The position numbers and the translations under genes were made by a program. A stretch of 63,985 bases of DNA, the filler included, from Catajapyx aquilonaris (Eukaryota), in NCBI GenBank assembly GCA_000934665.2. It is 3 parts of 3 records of this genome, joined end to end, with 100 filler letters (N's around TTAATTAATTAA, not from the genome) between each part and the next. Parts side by side here need not be neighbours in the genome. Positions count along the whole stretch, not along the records: positions 21,346 to 42,813 come from JYFJ02006103.1; 2 more parts are not named here. One strand, written 5' to 3'. How positions within the stretch are numbered: the stretch's first letter is position 1; every line of letters begins with the position of its first letter. Shown piece after piece: positions 25,444 to 40,279 of this stretch. The notes below the pieces were generated by a model. The model was not told the origin of the DNA. It did not search any database and was given only the letters and a program-made list of their open reading frames with translations.

Positions 25444-28400
25444 ATAATTTTGGAACAATTTTTTTTAATGCACTAATGATGGGCCTAACACCTGTTCTTA
25501 GAAAGGAAGTTACTACCGGAACTGCTACTTCCGGCAAATGAAGTCACTCTCAGGTAAAGCGACGCATGTTAGAATATGGAAAATATGGAGCAATCATCAT
25601 ATATTACCTACTGTAATAATTTCCACCCCGGAGCTATAGTATAGGTTTTGACTCTTGAAGCGTATAAAAATAAGATCTGTGTCAACGCATGTTAATGCTG
25701 TTGAACAGTGTATACACAATGCATTCGAGTGCACATGACCAACTTGTATTGACAAGGCCGTAGCTTTTCCCATTTTGAATAACCGTCCCAAATTTTAGCA
25801 AATAAGCTCCTCATATACCTGCTTCCAGGCTTTCCAAGCGTGGTGAATGCCAGCAGAAGATTATCGAGTGTGTAATCACATTACATGTCGAGTTGAGTGT
25901 ACGAGTGCGATGGAGTTCAATTATCCGTCGGAACTCATCTGTAATGCAAATAACATGAGATGAAGGTGTTTTCAGCGGGCTAAGCTTCTGCCTCTATATA
26001 TTTACCATACTCTACCCCTCCAGCTCATAATCAAGCCTGTGTTCCTAATATCTCCACATATTGGTATTTTTTTTAAAGGTGAAGTACCAGCGTAAACACG
26101 TAAAACCACACGGTTAATTTGAAAACCAATTTTCCTGAGAGCCTGGACTTGCAGAGGAAGTTTTTGAGGGGGGGTCCACCATGATGAAGCAGGTGAAGAG
26201 AGGGTGATTGAAGTGGGGGGGGGGGGGNGATGTACAGTAGCATATAAGAGTGTCCAGCTCATATGTGTAGTGGAAGAGATTAGTGGGTAGCATCCCTTCT
26301 GGGCTATAAAACCCACGCTGGGACGGATTTAGGCGCCACTTTACGCCTCATAACGATCACTCCATTCAGGGGCGTTCATGCAAGGAAAAGCCCAGTGTTG
26401 GGCCTATTCTGCGACTAACTTTGGTTGCAGATTGCCATCTATCTGTCCTTTCGGATTGGGGGGATAGTGTGTTGTTTTGTGTGTATGGTGTCACCCCCTC
26501 TCTAGTCTGCAGCTTTTCAGAGGACTAATCGGTGCGTCCATCAGGCTACCAATTGGGGGAAAAGGGGGATTGTGTGGCTTTTTATATAGAATAGTCCTTT
26601 GTTGTTGAAAGGGTCAACCGAATTTCATATGGCTTCAGTTTGAACCATACAATTTAAAAAAAAAAATTAAATAGCGCACATTTTGTAGGATTTTCAGAAA
26701 AGAGATGCACAATAGTGGTTTGTTAGATGACCACGTGATTGCTCGGATCATCCAGACCTTCCTTTGTGATTGCATCAAACAGGAGTGCCACCTGACTGAT
26801 TTCACCTAGGAGATGTTCGGAATTTCTGATGGAGACGAATTTTTTGGTCACCTGAGCCCTTTGTAAGGGGCGGAGATGGCTCAGGGATTATCTCTCAGAT
26901 GCGAGCAATATTAGAACCTAGGTCTGACGAAATTGTGGGATCGATCCCCCCCCCTTTCATGGCTTGTAATATCCTTCAAATGAATCTTGTGGAGGTTATA
27001 TGGTTAGACAAGAATAGGTGATATGTATAGGGGACCTCTTTTTTTTGTCAGGAGATAATCGCATTGTTAGAGTGGAAAGCTACACCAAATTAGGTTCGTT
27101 GGGACGTAAATGAAGTGGCCACAGATGAGTGACAATCGATGATTGAAACAGAGCGTAAGTAATGTTTTCCTCGATTCGTTAACCCAGTTAATAGTGTTTG
27201 AAGCTCTGTTGGATGGAATTGAGCGTAAAAAATTTTTCCATGTAATTTTGGTCATTCTTTCAGTAAAATTGTGTCTGATCACGCTAAGGAGTTTGAACTG
27301 CGTGTCCGGCTAGTGGTCATCTTACATTTTTTTTATGGTCATGTCCCCGAATCAAGGCGGAAGGAGCGAATCAAGCCTTAGGGAACTGAAACTTCTACCC
27401 TCTAGGCAAAGTAAATTATTCAGGAATCCAAATGTTGTTGATGGATGCCATTGACATGCAGTTCCGCCCCGCAATGGCTGTCGGGCCTCGAATCCGTTTT
27501 GTGCGATTTATGACACGCCATCCGGATCGTTCCGCACGCGGTTGCCCTCTTTTTTTTTGTCATATTCTTTCCAACCCCTCTTATTCTACTAGATGTATAG
27601 ACTGGACTGCGAATAGGACACGAGGCGCCTATTGTATCGACGCTTGAAAACAAATGTTAAGCCATGGTTATTTTTTTTTTCTTCTGAAAATTATATTGTG
27701 AATCCCCGATTCCTGTTGCACTATTCATAGATTCCACGCCCATTTCACGTGTTGCGTCATGGTTTGGACACTGTTTTCATAACACGGCTCTATTGTCGTC
27801 CCTAATAGTTTGCCATTATAAACAACATGTGTTGTTGGGATTTAGTTTGTATATACAAGCTGGGGGACATGTAATTTGCGAACTGTTCCAGGTGCAGTGG
27901 CTAACAATTTGACTTGCATGTAGGTGGTAAACTTGAATTTCTAATATTGGTCATGAATTTTTTAAATATGTTAAAGTATGAGCGTGATTTCCTGTTATAA
28001 CACACATCCGGATGACTCAACTGGATACAAGACAGGTTTCTAATCAGTAGAAAAGGAGTACTTGATTGTTAAAAAAGACACCCTCCCGACCATTTTATTG
28101 GTGGAGTTTCAAGAAAATATATGTATGGAAAAAAACCAGGCCCAATTTCAGTAAAAAGATGGCAGCTTCTTGTCGCAGGGTGGCTTCGATCTCAATAGCA
28201 TTAGCGCCCTTTATGAACCATCATGGAGCTGCCATAAAGCGCAGTTATACACGGATCTCCTTTGTGCCGTTTTTTTTTCTTTTTTTCTTTTTTATCTGGG
28301 AAGGGCGGCAGTCAAAATTGGGCTGCCATCAACGCCGAAAGACTGGGGAATATTTGTAGTTATGGGAGAATTGGTGTCGTTCTCGCCGAGCAGGGATCTT

Positions 28401-28574
28401 ATCTTTGTTATACACTCTACAAAATTGCTCCCCATCTTTCTTATCCCCCACACATTCACATAACTATCAACACTGTACATATGCCCAGTGGAACAATATT
28501 TGAAATGCCTGGGTGGACTCAAATTGATTTACTGCAAGTATATACTGTAGCCTACATACAACTTTTTTCCGGTT

Positions 28575-28762
28575 TTTGCTGATTTTTGCTGAATTCTGCT
28601 GAAATTTGCTGAATTCTGCTGATTTTTTCTGAATTCTGCTGAATTCTGCTGAATTCTACTGAAATTTGCTGAATTCTGCTGATTTTTGCTGAATTCTGCT
28701 GAATTCTGCTGAATTCTACTGAAATTTGCTGAATTCTGCTGATTTTTGCTGATTTTTGCTGA
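28575..28762. repeat. 10-bp minisatellite (gctgaattct / gctgattttt)
   Basis: About 18 tandem degenerate 10-mers. Confidence 0.92.
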
Positions 28763-31700
28763 TCCAGTGCCTCACAGAGTAAACTATAGCCTACCAGCGC
28801 CCTCTACTTCAGTTGGGGGCGACGCCTGGCGGTGGCTTCTTCAACCGCCCCTATACAGACTCTCCCCTCTTTACTTGGGGAGAAAAATAACAACAAATGC
28901 GGGATAATGAGTGGGCGGATGTGAATTAAGAGCTGGCTGAAGTGAAGATGGGGGAGATGAGCGGAATAAATTCTTGGCCCACTTTATGAAGGGCGATGGG
29001 GGAAGGAGGGAAGAGGAGGCAATTTGGAGGTGGGAGATGAAACCGAGGCAATCAGTCTGCCAGACTCCATTAGACAAACCAAAAATGCCAAATTGGAGGC
29101 TTATTTTAGGTCTGACAATGGAGAGGGTCAATTGGAGTCGCGCGTGTCCGGATTTTTTTTTTTAATCCGTAGAAAATGGTCATAACAATGAAGGTACAGC
29201 TTCTAGTCACATTAACACATTTCCCCTCGCTAATTGCATCTATTAACCGGATTTCCCCCGAGGACCTGACTTTTGGCCAGTTCTGATGCACCTCACTCAC
29301 GCACCTCATATGTACCTTAATGCATATTGTATGAGCATGCGTCATATACCGTCAATAAAACGGTTTTCTTGCCATCTGAGACGGTTAGGGCGTCAATAAT
29401 GATGTTTCCGGCATTTGGATTGCAGACCGGGGTAAACAAGGGGAACAATAGTATATTTTTTTCTGATTCAAATTGTATGTAAAAATCACATGCAGGACTT
29501 TGCATGACGCGAGTAATTTTTGCCTGCTTTAGAGTCACGGACAGGAGGAAACACTCTGATTTGGTTGAATGCTACTAAGGGAGGTATACAAAAGGTTTGT
29601 CAGATGTGACCTCCGCTAATCTGACCATCGCAGACCTTTATTTTTTTTTTTTTGGCCAGTTGACAAAAGGCAATTACCACACTTTAGCGAACGGAGCGTC
29701 TTTTGTGCGTGTAAAAAGTGGCTAAGAGATATCAGGAAAAAAAAAAGGGTTGTTTGGATCCCCAATCGCAAACCGACATGACTGTCACATTAGTTTCACG
29801 TGCCTGGATCGTGATTGAGGATGAGTGCATGTAAAGCCCACCTATCCAGAATGGCCACCAACTGATCGATGCATGTGACGGAAGACACCGGATTATACGG
29901 TTATATTGTATTTGGGTTCTTTTTTCCGAACCCAACAGAGCGATCTAAATCCGGCTTGTTTCGTCTCTGAAGCTGCTTCCCCCCCCCCCCCCCCCCCCCC
30001 NNNNNNAATGTAATCAGCACTAGTCTTTTTATTTGCCTCACCCTACCTCAGATTATTCAGATGAGAAGGTTTGAAGAAAAAAAAAACGTAATGAACATCA
30101 CATATTGGGGGGGATGTCAAATGAAAAGTATAGATGGCGCGCGTAGGTGGACTTTTTTTTATATTTTATTTTTGGACGTTCCCAAAATTGGCTTTGGCGT
30201 GTGTTTGGCTGTAAGGAACAGGAATTCCTAGGGAGGCCTCTTTATAGGTGTCTTTACGGACTATTGGCGCCAAGGGAAGATGCATTTTTAGGGGGGGGGG
30301 GAGGGAGGCGGCTGGGAACACTCCTACGATAACTACTGGGCTGCCAGCGCCCCCTTTTCTTACCCACTTACACGTCCTAACGAGTGTGACGATTGATTTA
30401 GTAAACGGCTCGAGACACTAGTCGACAACGATACAAATGGTAAGGATTCACGGTGCTGATAAGGTCTTTTTTCGGGAATTGTGGGGGGGGAGGGGGGGGG
30501 GGAAGTGACTTCACCCACAAAATATTTTTTGACTCAATTTGAGCGTTTTTTGCTCTTGTTTTTTTCATGTAGTTTACTTACCTATATAGAGTGGTTCATA
30601 CTTTATGAAGGCTGGCCCTAAGTTAATTCTTGTGGTCGATACCTCCAGATGATATACTCTCTATATGGTCCGGAGAAAGGGAGGGAGGACAGCTAGGGGT
30701 GGGGTAGCTAGAGTGGATGTATCCGGATGGACCCTAATAAAATAATGGGTCCAGACGGCGATTCCTTTCTCATATTTACGACCTGATATTATTTATCAAT
30801 GTGGCAGCTCAAAAGAAAAACTCCATCCACTAGGATATAGTCCAAAGAAACATTTGAGGTCAATATTCTTATAATTACTGCACAGTATATTTTTTTTTGT
30901 GTTGTCACCCAATTACGGTTTGACCTCATGGGAAAAGACTTGTTTTTATTGAGCTAGTAGTGGGAGCTCTATGTTTTACCTCTCACGCCAAGAGCAGGTG
31001 CATTGTGCTAATTTATTCTTCCATTTCGAATACATTGCCCTGCTACCTTTCATGCTCCAGTGAATTCATGACCAGCATCACGATTTGTGCTTTTAGGTAC
31101 ATGGGAATGGCGGAGACAAGATTTTTGCACCTGGTCCCCTTGATATGATTCCCAGAAAACAATTAACCTAATGCGAAAGAAGTATATGGGCGGGGACAAT
31201 TACGCGTGTGTGCACGTGCATGTGGACAGCAAACAAATGGATGTCCTGCGACATGAATTGGAATTAGGAGAAGATTGGGGTCTGGTTGCATAGGGGTTTG
31301 GTGGTGACTCTTCTGGAACGACAATCCCCAGGACGGGTTTCCCCTAATAGGGCTTTATATAGGCGAGGACTATGGTCCGAGGCGTAATTTTAATTAGAGG
31401 GCCGACTTGACACTCTAATTACACACCCCATGCCCATATCTAACCATATTGCACTTACACTGCCTAGGCCACTAATACCAATGTTTGCTTCCGTATGACC
31501 CGGGCTCTATGGCCTGAAGTCAATATTGACTCCCATAAGTGTATATGGGGGATAGTGGGTATTAAGGCGACCAGCAGGTGGGGTAGGTTCAAAATGGTGT
31601 GTAAAAACGTGGGTGAGTCAGTGGGGATCAAGTTGGAGTCAATGTGACGGGGTTGAGCAAGTGCAGGTTTGGGTTCCCATGTCTGGGGTGATGGTTGGCT

Positions 31701-34700
31701 CGCCTGCCATGAGAGACTATAAAAAGAGTTGGCTTGATTGGCAGGTAATTAATGAGGCTGACCTCGCGTGATGCGAAGGCAACTAAGGTGAGATCTGATT
31801 GGCATCTGAACGATTCTATTGTCAACATCTGCATCGGGCAGTATATGTTTGAGGTCATTGTCAAATGCTGGGACTTGGGTCCATGAACATACAGGTCCAG
31901 GATGAGTACTGGGTATGACTCATATCCATGGTAATACCCAAGCAGGATCAATAAACCATCAGTGCTATGACGTTACTATTAGGTTTTCAGGACATGGGAA
32001 ATTTTGCTCCTGCTGGAGGCTGTGCTGGACTATAGGATGAACTATGGGGGCAAGATAGCGGAAGTGTGAGCGGAAAACGACCAATCACGGAACGGGTTGC
32101 AAGAATTTGCGGGACGATGAGATTTGCTTGTAAATATTTCTTATATGTATATTTTATATTTTATAACTTGCAACACTTTTCGTGATTGGTTGTGGCGGTG
32201 ACTTCCGCCAGCACTTCCGATGCAATCTTGGTCTAGATGCTCTGTAGATTCTACTTATAGGGGGTCCTGATCCCATCGTGCATAATAATTATATTCTCTC
32301 CCCATGGGATGCATGAGATTCTGAATTCTTCCGTTTCTTGTAACACGCAACAATAGTCACATCAATGTGATAATAGCATGCTTGTGAATTTCTAATTAGG
32401 TCTTTCAACTAATGATGATGATGATGATGATGATGTAAGAAAGGGCGAGATTTTTATTTGTTTACTTATACACTACCCCACCATAACTTTGCTCAGGATG
32501 AAATCTAATCTACTGTATGATAACAAAGGAACAAAAAGTGGGAAACACTATCACACAAGATTTGAATATGTCTGATGTCTCAACAAAGCTACAATAATAT
32601 TGACTCTTTGGGTTCGAGCTCAATTTCAACCATAAATGTATTTTCGGAGAATTTCTTCGACCTCGACATGAACTATGGTGTCATCATCATCACATTTTCC
32701 TTATATGCCTAAGCCATAAGGGGTGGTCAGCAATGAAGGAGATGCAGGTTAATCCCAATTGGGTGGTGTTATGCAATATTGAGTCAACCCACATGATGAG
32801 AACAGTGTGAATTCAGTGTCCTTTTCGGTCATTTATATAGCAGAAGTATGCAGATTTCGCCAGCAGATTGAGTGTGGGTTGACACATTATGGCATAACAC
32901 CGTCCAATTATGAACAGATAATGTTACACATTCATTGCAATAAAACAACCACCTACGACTCACATGACCCTACCAAGATGGCACTCGATAGTGTCTCGCT
33001 AATAAATTAACAAATTAATATAACCAACATTGCACGTGCACCACTTGTAACGCTACACTAGAGCAATAAGTCAGAAGTGTATTGGCAAAGTGGTGACTGA
33101 ATAAGGTAGCGGTTATTTGAAGGGGGGGAAGCCATAGTATAGTATAGCCACATGGTAGATAACGCATAATAGAAGCTGCCAAAGGCCTGAATGGATCATT
33201 AAAACCTCGGTCTACTTTGACAAGCTGACAGGTTTCGCCTTACAAGCCACTGAGGAGGGGGTGCTAGGGGAGATTCAGGGGTAAAAACGGGGGCCATTGC
33301 ATTCAGAAGGGGGGGGGGGATAGGAAAGGGGGTTTCATTTTCTCTCTGGCGGAAAGTAATTGGGCGCAGTTCGGGAAGCTCTTCTCCCCCACCCCCATCC
33401 TGGTCTCTAGGGATTTTGTGGACCCTTCACGCTGGCCAAACCAACGCTTCTCGACAGATTGTGTCAAGACCTGATCAATGTTTTGCCTAATCAGGGATAA
33501 GTTAGCTTTTTTTCTCTCCCCTCAACCTCCCCATGCCTATCCTCCCCCCATGCCTATCCTCCCTCCATGCCTATCCTCCATATCCATTTTTCAACTTTGG
33601 ATGGAAATGTTAGCCCACTGGGGGTCAATTATCATTTCTGAGAAGCGGCTGAAAAATTGAAGAGTGTCGCATAGTGAAGGTCCAGGTGAATGATAGATGA
33701 CTGTCCACCCGTGTCAGTCATATCAGTGGACACACACACACACAAAAAAAGAGGTCAGCTGATATAGGATACAAATCACAAAGAGGCACGCAACGGCGGC
33801 TGAAGGTAAACGGACACAAATCGGATCGGATGACATTGTCCTTGATGTTAGGAAATGGAGGGGGTGAAACCGAGGGAAACAGGCTCTCTCCCTGGGTCAA
33901 CATTGGGAAACCAAGACTGATAATTATTAGGGCAGGAAGAGACAAACATTTCACCCGATTTTCCCCACTTATCATGGACTTTGTTGATATTGACATGGGC
34001 TGGTTCCATTTTCAGTCGACTGATACTAATGTTGTCCTGAGTTCGAGCCTCTGGTTCAAAATTTGACAGCATTGTAATTCATGTAGCCTACCAATATTCC
34101 GGAGGTGGTATTTTGTGATTGACAAATTCTGTCTACAGTACTGACATGTTCGGAGGGGAAGTAAAGCCGTTGGTCCCGTGTGTTTGTGACATTGCGCGAG
34201 TGCACGTTAAAGATCCCCAGAGTGGCCATTTCCAGGAAGAGGACCACCCCCTGGCGTGGTGTTGAGCCTAGTGGCAGAAATAGGCTGACTTTAAGCCCCC
34301 ACTAAAGAGACTAATGTACTGACATGTAGACATACAATCGTTCAGATGTAGCCTACTGACTGATGTATTCCCGATTATCCGTTGCTGGTGTACAGTACTG
34401 TCAGTACTCGTAGACGGTACTTGTTGATCACAAAATACCACCTCCAAGTCGGTACATCGGTACATGATTTACAGTATATGGGTATTAAAATTCTCTTTCC
34501 ACAATAATGAGTATAACACACAATGCATGAAAAGGGGGCTTATAGTGTTAAGGGGAAAAAGTGTGGGTGAGTTTGTCGCATCCCTGGGTGCTGGTAGAGA
34601 TGGGGGGAAAAGGATGGGGGGGGGGTCTAATGAAATCAGATTGGGAAATCAAGCCATTAATTTGTCGGGCTTTTGTGTGAGGTTCGAACAATGAGGGAAA

Positions 34701-35760
34701 GAAGGGAGCAGAATAATATAAAGCAGGCCTTTCCGATCAGCGAATATGGGGGTTGATGGCATGGAGGGTCTGGAGGGGGGTTAAAAAATAAAAAAATAAA
34801 AAGGAGGTGCAATAATGCTCAGCCAAGTCTGTCTAAATTCCACTTGACACTTCCGATCACTCGGAAATTCGCATTTAATTTTTAGTCCCCTCAGAGGGTT
34901 GACATATGAGTAGTTTCAACACTTGAAAAAAAAATATAACCCTAAAATTAATTCAGCCAATTTGCATAGAGTTATAGCGAAAAACGGAAGTAATATAAAA
35001 TGAGCTGTGGAAGCAGCTTCATTATCGACGGCTATCTAACGTCGGCAAGTCACGCAGACATTACATTTTGCGAATTCGCAACAGATGAGAGCAAAAGCTG
35101 GCGTGATGGCCAATTACTCAAAGTGGACTGGAATAGATGGATGCAAGCGTGGTTATCAAGCAGCACTTGTCACCGATGGATTCGCTCCGACTGATTGATT
35201 CACAGGCTCACTGATCGTGATCGTGTTGCCACATACATATGCCCTGGAACCATACGCTGGGACCCAACGGTACACTATGTATATCATAGGACCCCCATTC
35301 ATTGTGCACGAATTGTCACCTCTTCTGGTCGCTATCTGAATGGAATCGAATTTGGAAGCCGGCAGCAATAAATAATTGGGAGGTGATGGGGGGGGGGGGG
35401 GTTGGGTAGTGGCAGGGGGTATATAGTGTACATGCGGGGTGTCAGCTGTTCGTGTGCGAAATGTTCGCATCCACACCCGGAGGCGCCCAGGATGTGGATG
35501 GACACTATCGAGGGATGCGATCTATGCGGCACATCATCCCTATCACCTAACAAATTGCAGGTAGGGCACATGGGGGGGAAAGCCCAGCATGAAGTTTGGA
35601 GGCCACACCCTGACCTTAGTCAACATGCTGGGCACTGGATGCCAACTGTCTCATTAAAACACAGATATGACTAAATTATTTTTTTATTAATTTTTTAAAA
35701 ATAGTTTTATGAGAAAATGAAATGAGAGAATGAAATGATATCTCGAACATTAATTCCGTC

Positions 35761-36000
35761 ATACTGCTAGCGACATTTTCCGTTGCGGCAGACGTGCAAA
35801 TCGAAGTGATAGAGTGCGAGCCGTGCGAGTAAGAAAGGGTAGCCCTTGGGTGACGTCACTGGCTGGGGACAAGCCGTTTCTCCATTGCCCGCCCAGCCGG
35901 TGACGTCACTCAAGGCATACCTCTTCTTACTCTCACGGCTAACACTTTCTATCACTTCGATTTGCACTTTTGCCGCAACAGAAAATGTCGCAAGCAGTAT
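35761..36000. mobile_element. Palindromic MITE-like family H, full copy (~240-bp fold-back)
   Basis: atactgctagcgacatttt...aaaatgtcgcaagcagtat; arms pair over about 105 bp; two other copies in the window. Confidence 0.82.
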
Positions 36001-39000
36001 GACGCAATTAATGTCCAACACTGTACACTTGTCCTATGACTTATATAATATAGGACGCTAGGCATATCGGCGGGAGACCCCGCACCTTTACCTACTCTCC
36101 TAGGCATGTATCAGCTGAAGGATAGCCGTGGATCCGCTGAAGAATAGGCTGGGATCCGCTGAAGAATAGGCTTAGATCCTCTGAAAGATAGACGTGGTCA
36201 AGGGGTTGGTTGGTGCAGCGTGCCACATTCAGTCTCTCATTAATAAATTCCTTCCGGCATATCTGGGTTAAACGATATCAGTGACCTAAAGTAGCACTTT
36301 TCCCAAACATTCATTGAAGACTATTGTAGTGCCCATTTTTAATAAAATAGATAAAAGGGGACATTAGGTGACACAAATTTTACAATCGTCACAGTGGAGT
36401 TGATTATTTTCAAATACACTGCGAAATGGTCTACACGCTCATAAAGTCTTGGCACGATTGGCACCATAAATTATCCTAATTAAAGGTCGCAGATGGACGG
36501 TGCAGATAGTGCGTGCGATAGTGATTAGACTAGGGGGGGATGGGGCAGGAGGCATTTCGTTGGCGGATGGTGCAAAAATGGCCCAGTTGCCGAATCCGAT
36601 TGCCCATCGCGCTAATTCAATAGAAGAGTCCGCTTATTCGCCATCTGCTTTTTGATAGCATCGCGATGGATGACGCTGCGACTCTTTTTTTTGCAGTAGA
36701 TTCCGGTTCCGTTTGGTGACCACTAAGTAGACGAGATATGCCATTAATTGAAGGGGGTGGATGGCCCCCAAAAAATATTGCATATTGTGGAGAAAATTAG
36801 ATATGAATAGTGCAGATGATTTCCTTAATATAATTTTTATAACGGTTTATATTTAGCAGAAATTTATTTCGAAAAGTTATTATTTGAATATTTGAAAAAA
36901 TTGTGTCTATCACTTCGGTAATTGTTGTCAGAGTTGGCCTGGCTGGAGGGTTTATTTGCATGGAAGTGTTATACCAAGGGTTTTGAATTCGCGCACTTTT
37001 GGCCATGTGCTGGGGAGGGCATGTATTGATACCCCCTGCAGTTATTTACACATCCGGCACGTTTAATTTAGTCGTGTTGACACATCTCCCCCGACGTCCC
37101 ACACAGATTATTATGATGTTATCATCAACAAATTATAATTGCGTAGTTTAAATATACTGTGGGCTAATAATAACAATGAGAGTTTCATGGGGATAAATAA
37201 CCAATTTTGACATTTTATAGAAAATAGTTATGTCATGTCAGGGTTTGTGGCATGCGGTGCATCGGCACACAGATCATTCGATGATTCCATAAGTGATCAC
37301 GTCGCGTCGCGTCGTCCGGAAACTGTGCTGTACTTTTTATTAGTCGCAAATGACATTATCATTGTTGTCATTATTGAGGAAGTTACACTAACAATGGTAA
37401 GAGTACTAGTATACTTCTGTGATTTTGTTTATATTCAGACTTGTTTGTGATTTTGCTATCCTCTTATTGATGCATCAAGGCGCCTCTATTTTTCAAACAA
37501 CCCTCCTCGATATGTATCGATATACATATCGATGTTTCTTGGTGACGTCGTGGGCACACGATTGCCTTTCTTCATCACAATAAGCGAAGAAATTATAGCT
37601 TAATCACGACATGGCATTGTTTCGCAACATTTGGCAGGGCCTGTATGACGGGGGCCCTCTGCTTGGAGCATGGGTCACACAACATCATGGACGAAGATAT
37701 CATTCTGACCGCTCCTGCAACTCTTCCAGCATACAATATGGTATATGTGACGAGAAGTCTACTATCAGGTAATAAGTGTTACTTGCATCAGTTAGGCTAT
37801 AGGTATGAGAATTAATTTTTTGAAACCAAATTAAACACAAATAACAACTTTTGGGGCATATTTAGGACCATTCAATGAGACTCTCGTTGCTTTTTCATCA
37901 TTATTGCTAACAACTCAAATTATATTTTAATAATTTTTTTAAAAAAAATTCACCTCTTCAATTTTGCTTTTATATCTGAAAACATTATTTTACATACGGA
38001 AAACTGCCATTAATAACTATGTACAAAGGATCTGGTGCAGTCCTACCGTAATTAATTAGGCTGTACGTTAATAAGTCGGTCAACAAAATTATTGCGGTTA
38101 CGTACGTAACTCGCGTTGTAGAAAAATTCACTAATTGAGAATAGGCCCCGAATTTTTGTTCTTGCCCTAGGCCCCTCACCCTCCTAGGGCCGTCCCTGCC
38201 GCACACTATATAAGTTAAATAGTTAAATGGAAATCCAGTTTTGTTGTATGCAAGTGGTGCTGAATAGGTGCTGAATCTGCAAGTAATGAATACAGTAATA
38301 CTGTATATCACGATCGGCAGTTGTCATTTCATAGTTCGAAATCAGTCCGCCAGGGTGGGCAGGTGGAGGTGAGTTGGAGATGACGTGGAAGCACGTGGAG
38401 GTGATGTGGAGCCGGAGGTGACGTAGGGGGACGCTTCAGCCCCTCAGTGCAAGAAGGGCATATTTCCTCCCTCTCATAAAAAGGAAAATGGTGGAAGTGT
38501 TCCAACGGGAGAGTCTCATCAGCGCGTCGTTCATCTAGTCAAGGTGGGATTATCTGTCTTATATCTGTTCGTATCTCCTAGTAGAATGAAAGCGACTATA
38601 GTAATCCGTGTTAATTCCATGACGATGCACTTGCACTTGTGTAATATACAAGGTAATATAGGTATAACTATCGAGGTGGCGTGGGCAGGAAATTTTTACG
38701 GGGGGAGGCCATGGCCGATCGGTCCGTTTCATAATTGTAACCTATTGTAAGACACCAACCACACATCTATCGTAATGCATTTAATGATTTTTTCTTAACA
38801 TTTCTGAGGGGGGGCTGCCCCCTGGCTGCCCCCCACCCCTGCCTACGCCACTGACTATTGGTTGTTGTTGTGCTGCACAGCAGCATTCCAGTTTCAGCTG
38901 TGTTGAATAGACTATATGCCACATAGTCTGGTCACCCATGGTAATACCCACTTGGGTAAATTGCTCTTTACCTATATCAATTATATACGCGTACATTGCC

Positions 39001-40279
39001 ATGTCCATAACCTAGTGGGTAAGTTACCCAGAGTGACCAGACTAGGGGCCTACTTCTGGACACTAGAGGTAACTGGACTACTGGAGTAACCCCCATAGTA
39101 ATTAAGAATGTTAGAAGTAAGCAAAAAGTTGCCCCATTGGGACCATGGTATACAATTAGGGATCCTAAATGAGAAATTTTACCAATTGCTGTTGAATGCT
39201 GATAACCACACAGTAATTGAGTGCCTGGATTGCACCATGTTCCAAACCATAGTGTTTGCAACTACCACCGGTGCAAAGGTGTGCTAACAATACTTGCTTA
39301 CAATCCACAACAAGTAGCTGGTTCTGGTATCAAAATAACAACCTGTAATATGGCTTTAATAATAAGCCCATAATATTCATTGTCCAGTATTAGGTAAATG
39401 TGCAGAAGTGTGAGCAATACAGACAGAATACAGGCAGAGTAATTTTGGTGCCATGAACTACTGAAGGTAGAGTTGAGTACAGGTTAATGATGAACTTCAA
39501 GTGTGTCAAGTTACTCGTCTCAGCAGCAAGTGATACACAAGCCATTCTGCCTAGTAGAAAGTACAGATTTATTGGTCATCACTGCTGCACAATTATCACT
39601 AGGATGATATGGGTATTTCATAAATTATTGAGATTGTATTCAACTGTGCCTGAGGCTGTCATAACTTGAGTATGAAACAGTCGAAACATCCAAACCGGAA
39701 CAAAATGGAAATGGGAAACAATCACATGGTAATAACTGTTTGGTTTCTTGTGCATAATGGATAATTTTGGTCAGGAAGGAAATTATTTTGGGTCAGCTCT
39801 CATCCTTCAAGACAATTTCAGGACAGGACCAGAGATTATATTATTTCCAAACTTACCTTGCCTTTTGTATACCAAAAAAAAAAAAAAATGCTTTACTTTC
39901 GGATGAAAGGCTTGCTGCCATTGCAATATTATTAATTAATCAACAAAAAAATTCATTGGAATATATTACCCTAAGTAACAGGTGTTCAAAGCAAAGATAA
40001 TTTGTACACACAGCATATTGCTGNCCCCCCCCCCCCCCTGCCTTAATTTTCATGACTGCATCTCAAGTTCACCTGGCTCTTCCAGTGTAACTGCAGCACT
40101 AACTTAATGTCTTTGTAAGCACTGTGTGGTCTTGTACAGTAATGGGGAAATTATATAGTAATATGTGTAGAAGGATATTTCATTTGAAATTAATTTGGTT
40201 TAATTAGTACATGGATTCCTGTGTTGATTATGGTGATGAAGTTGTGCATAATTTTCTACTGCTTTACTGAATAGGCTAC

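Noticed and set aside
23600..35700. Numerous 60-160 aa ORFs in the middle block
   Set aside because: Low-complexity or random-looking translations, often from non-ATG starts, with no recognisable domains or consistent exon chain.
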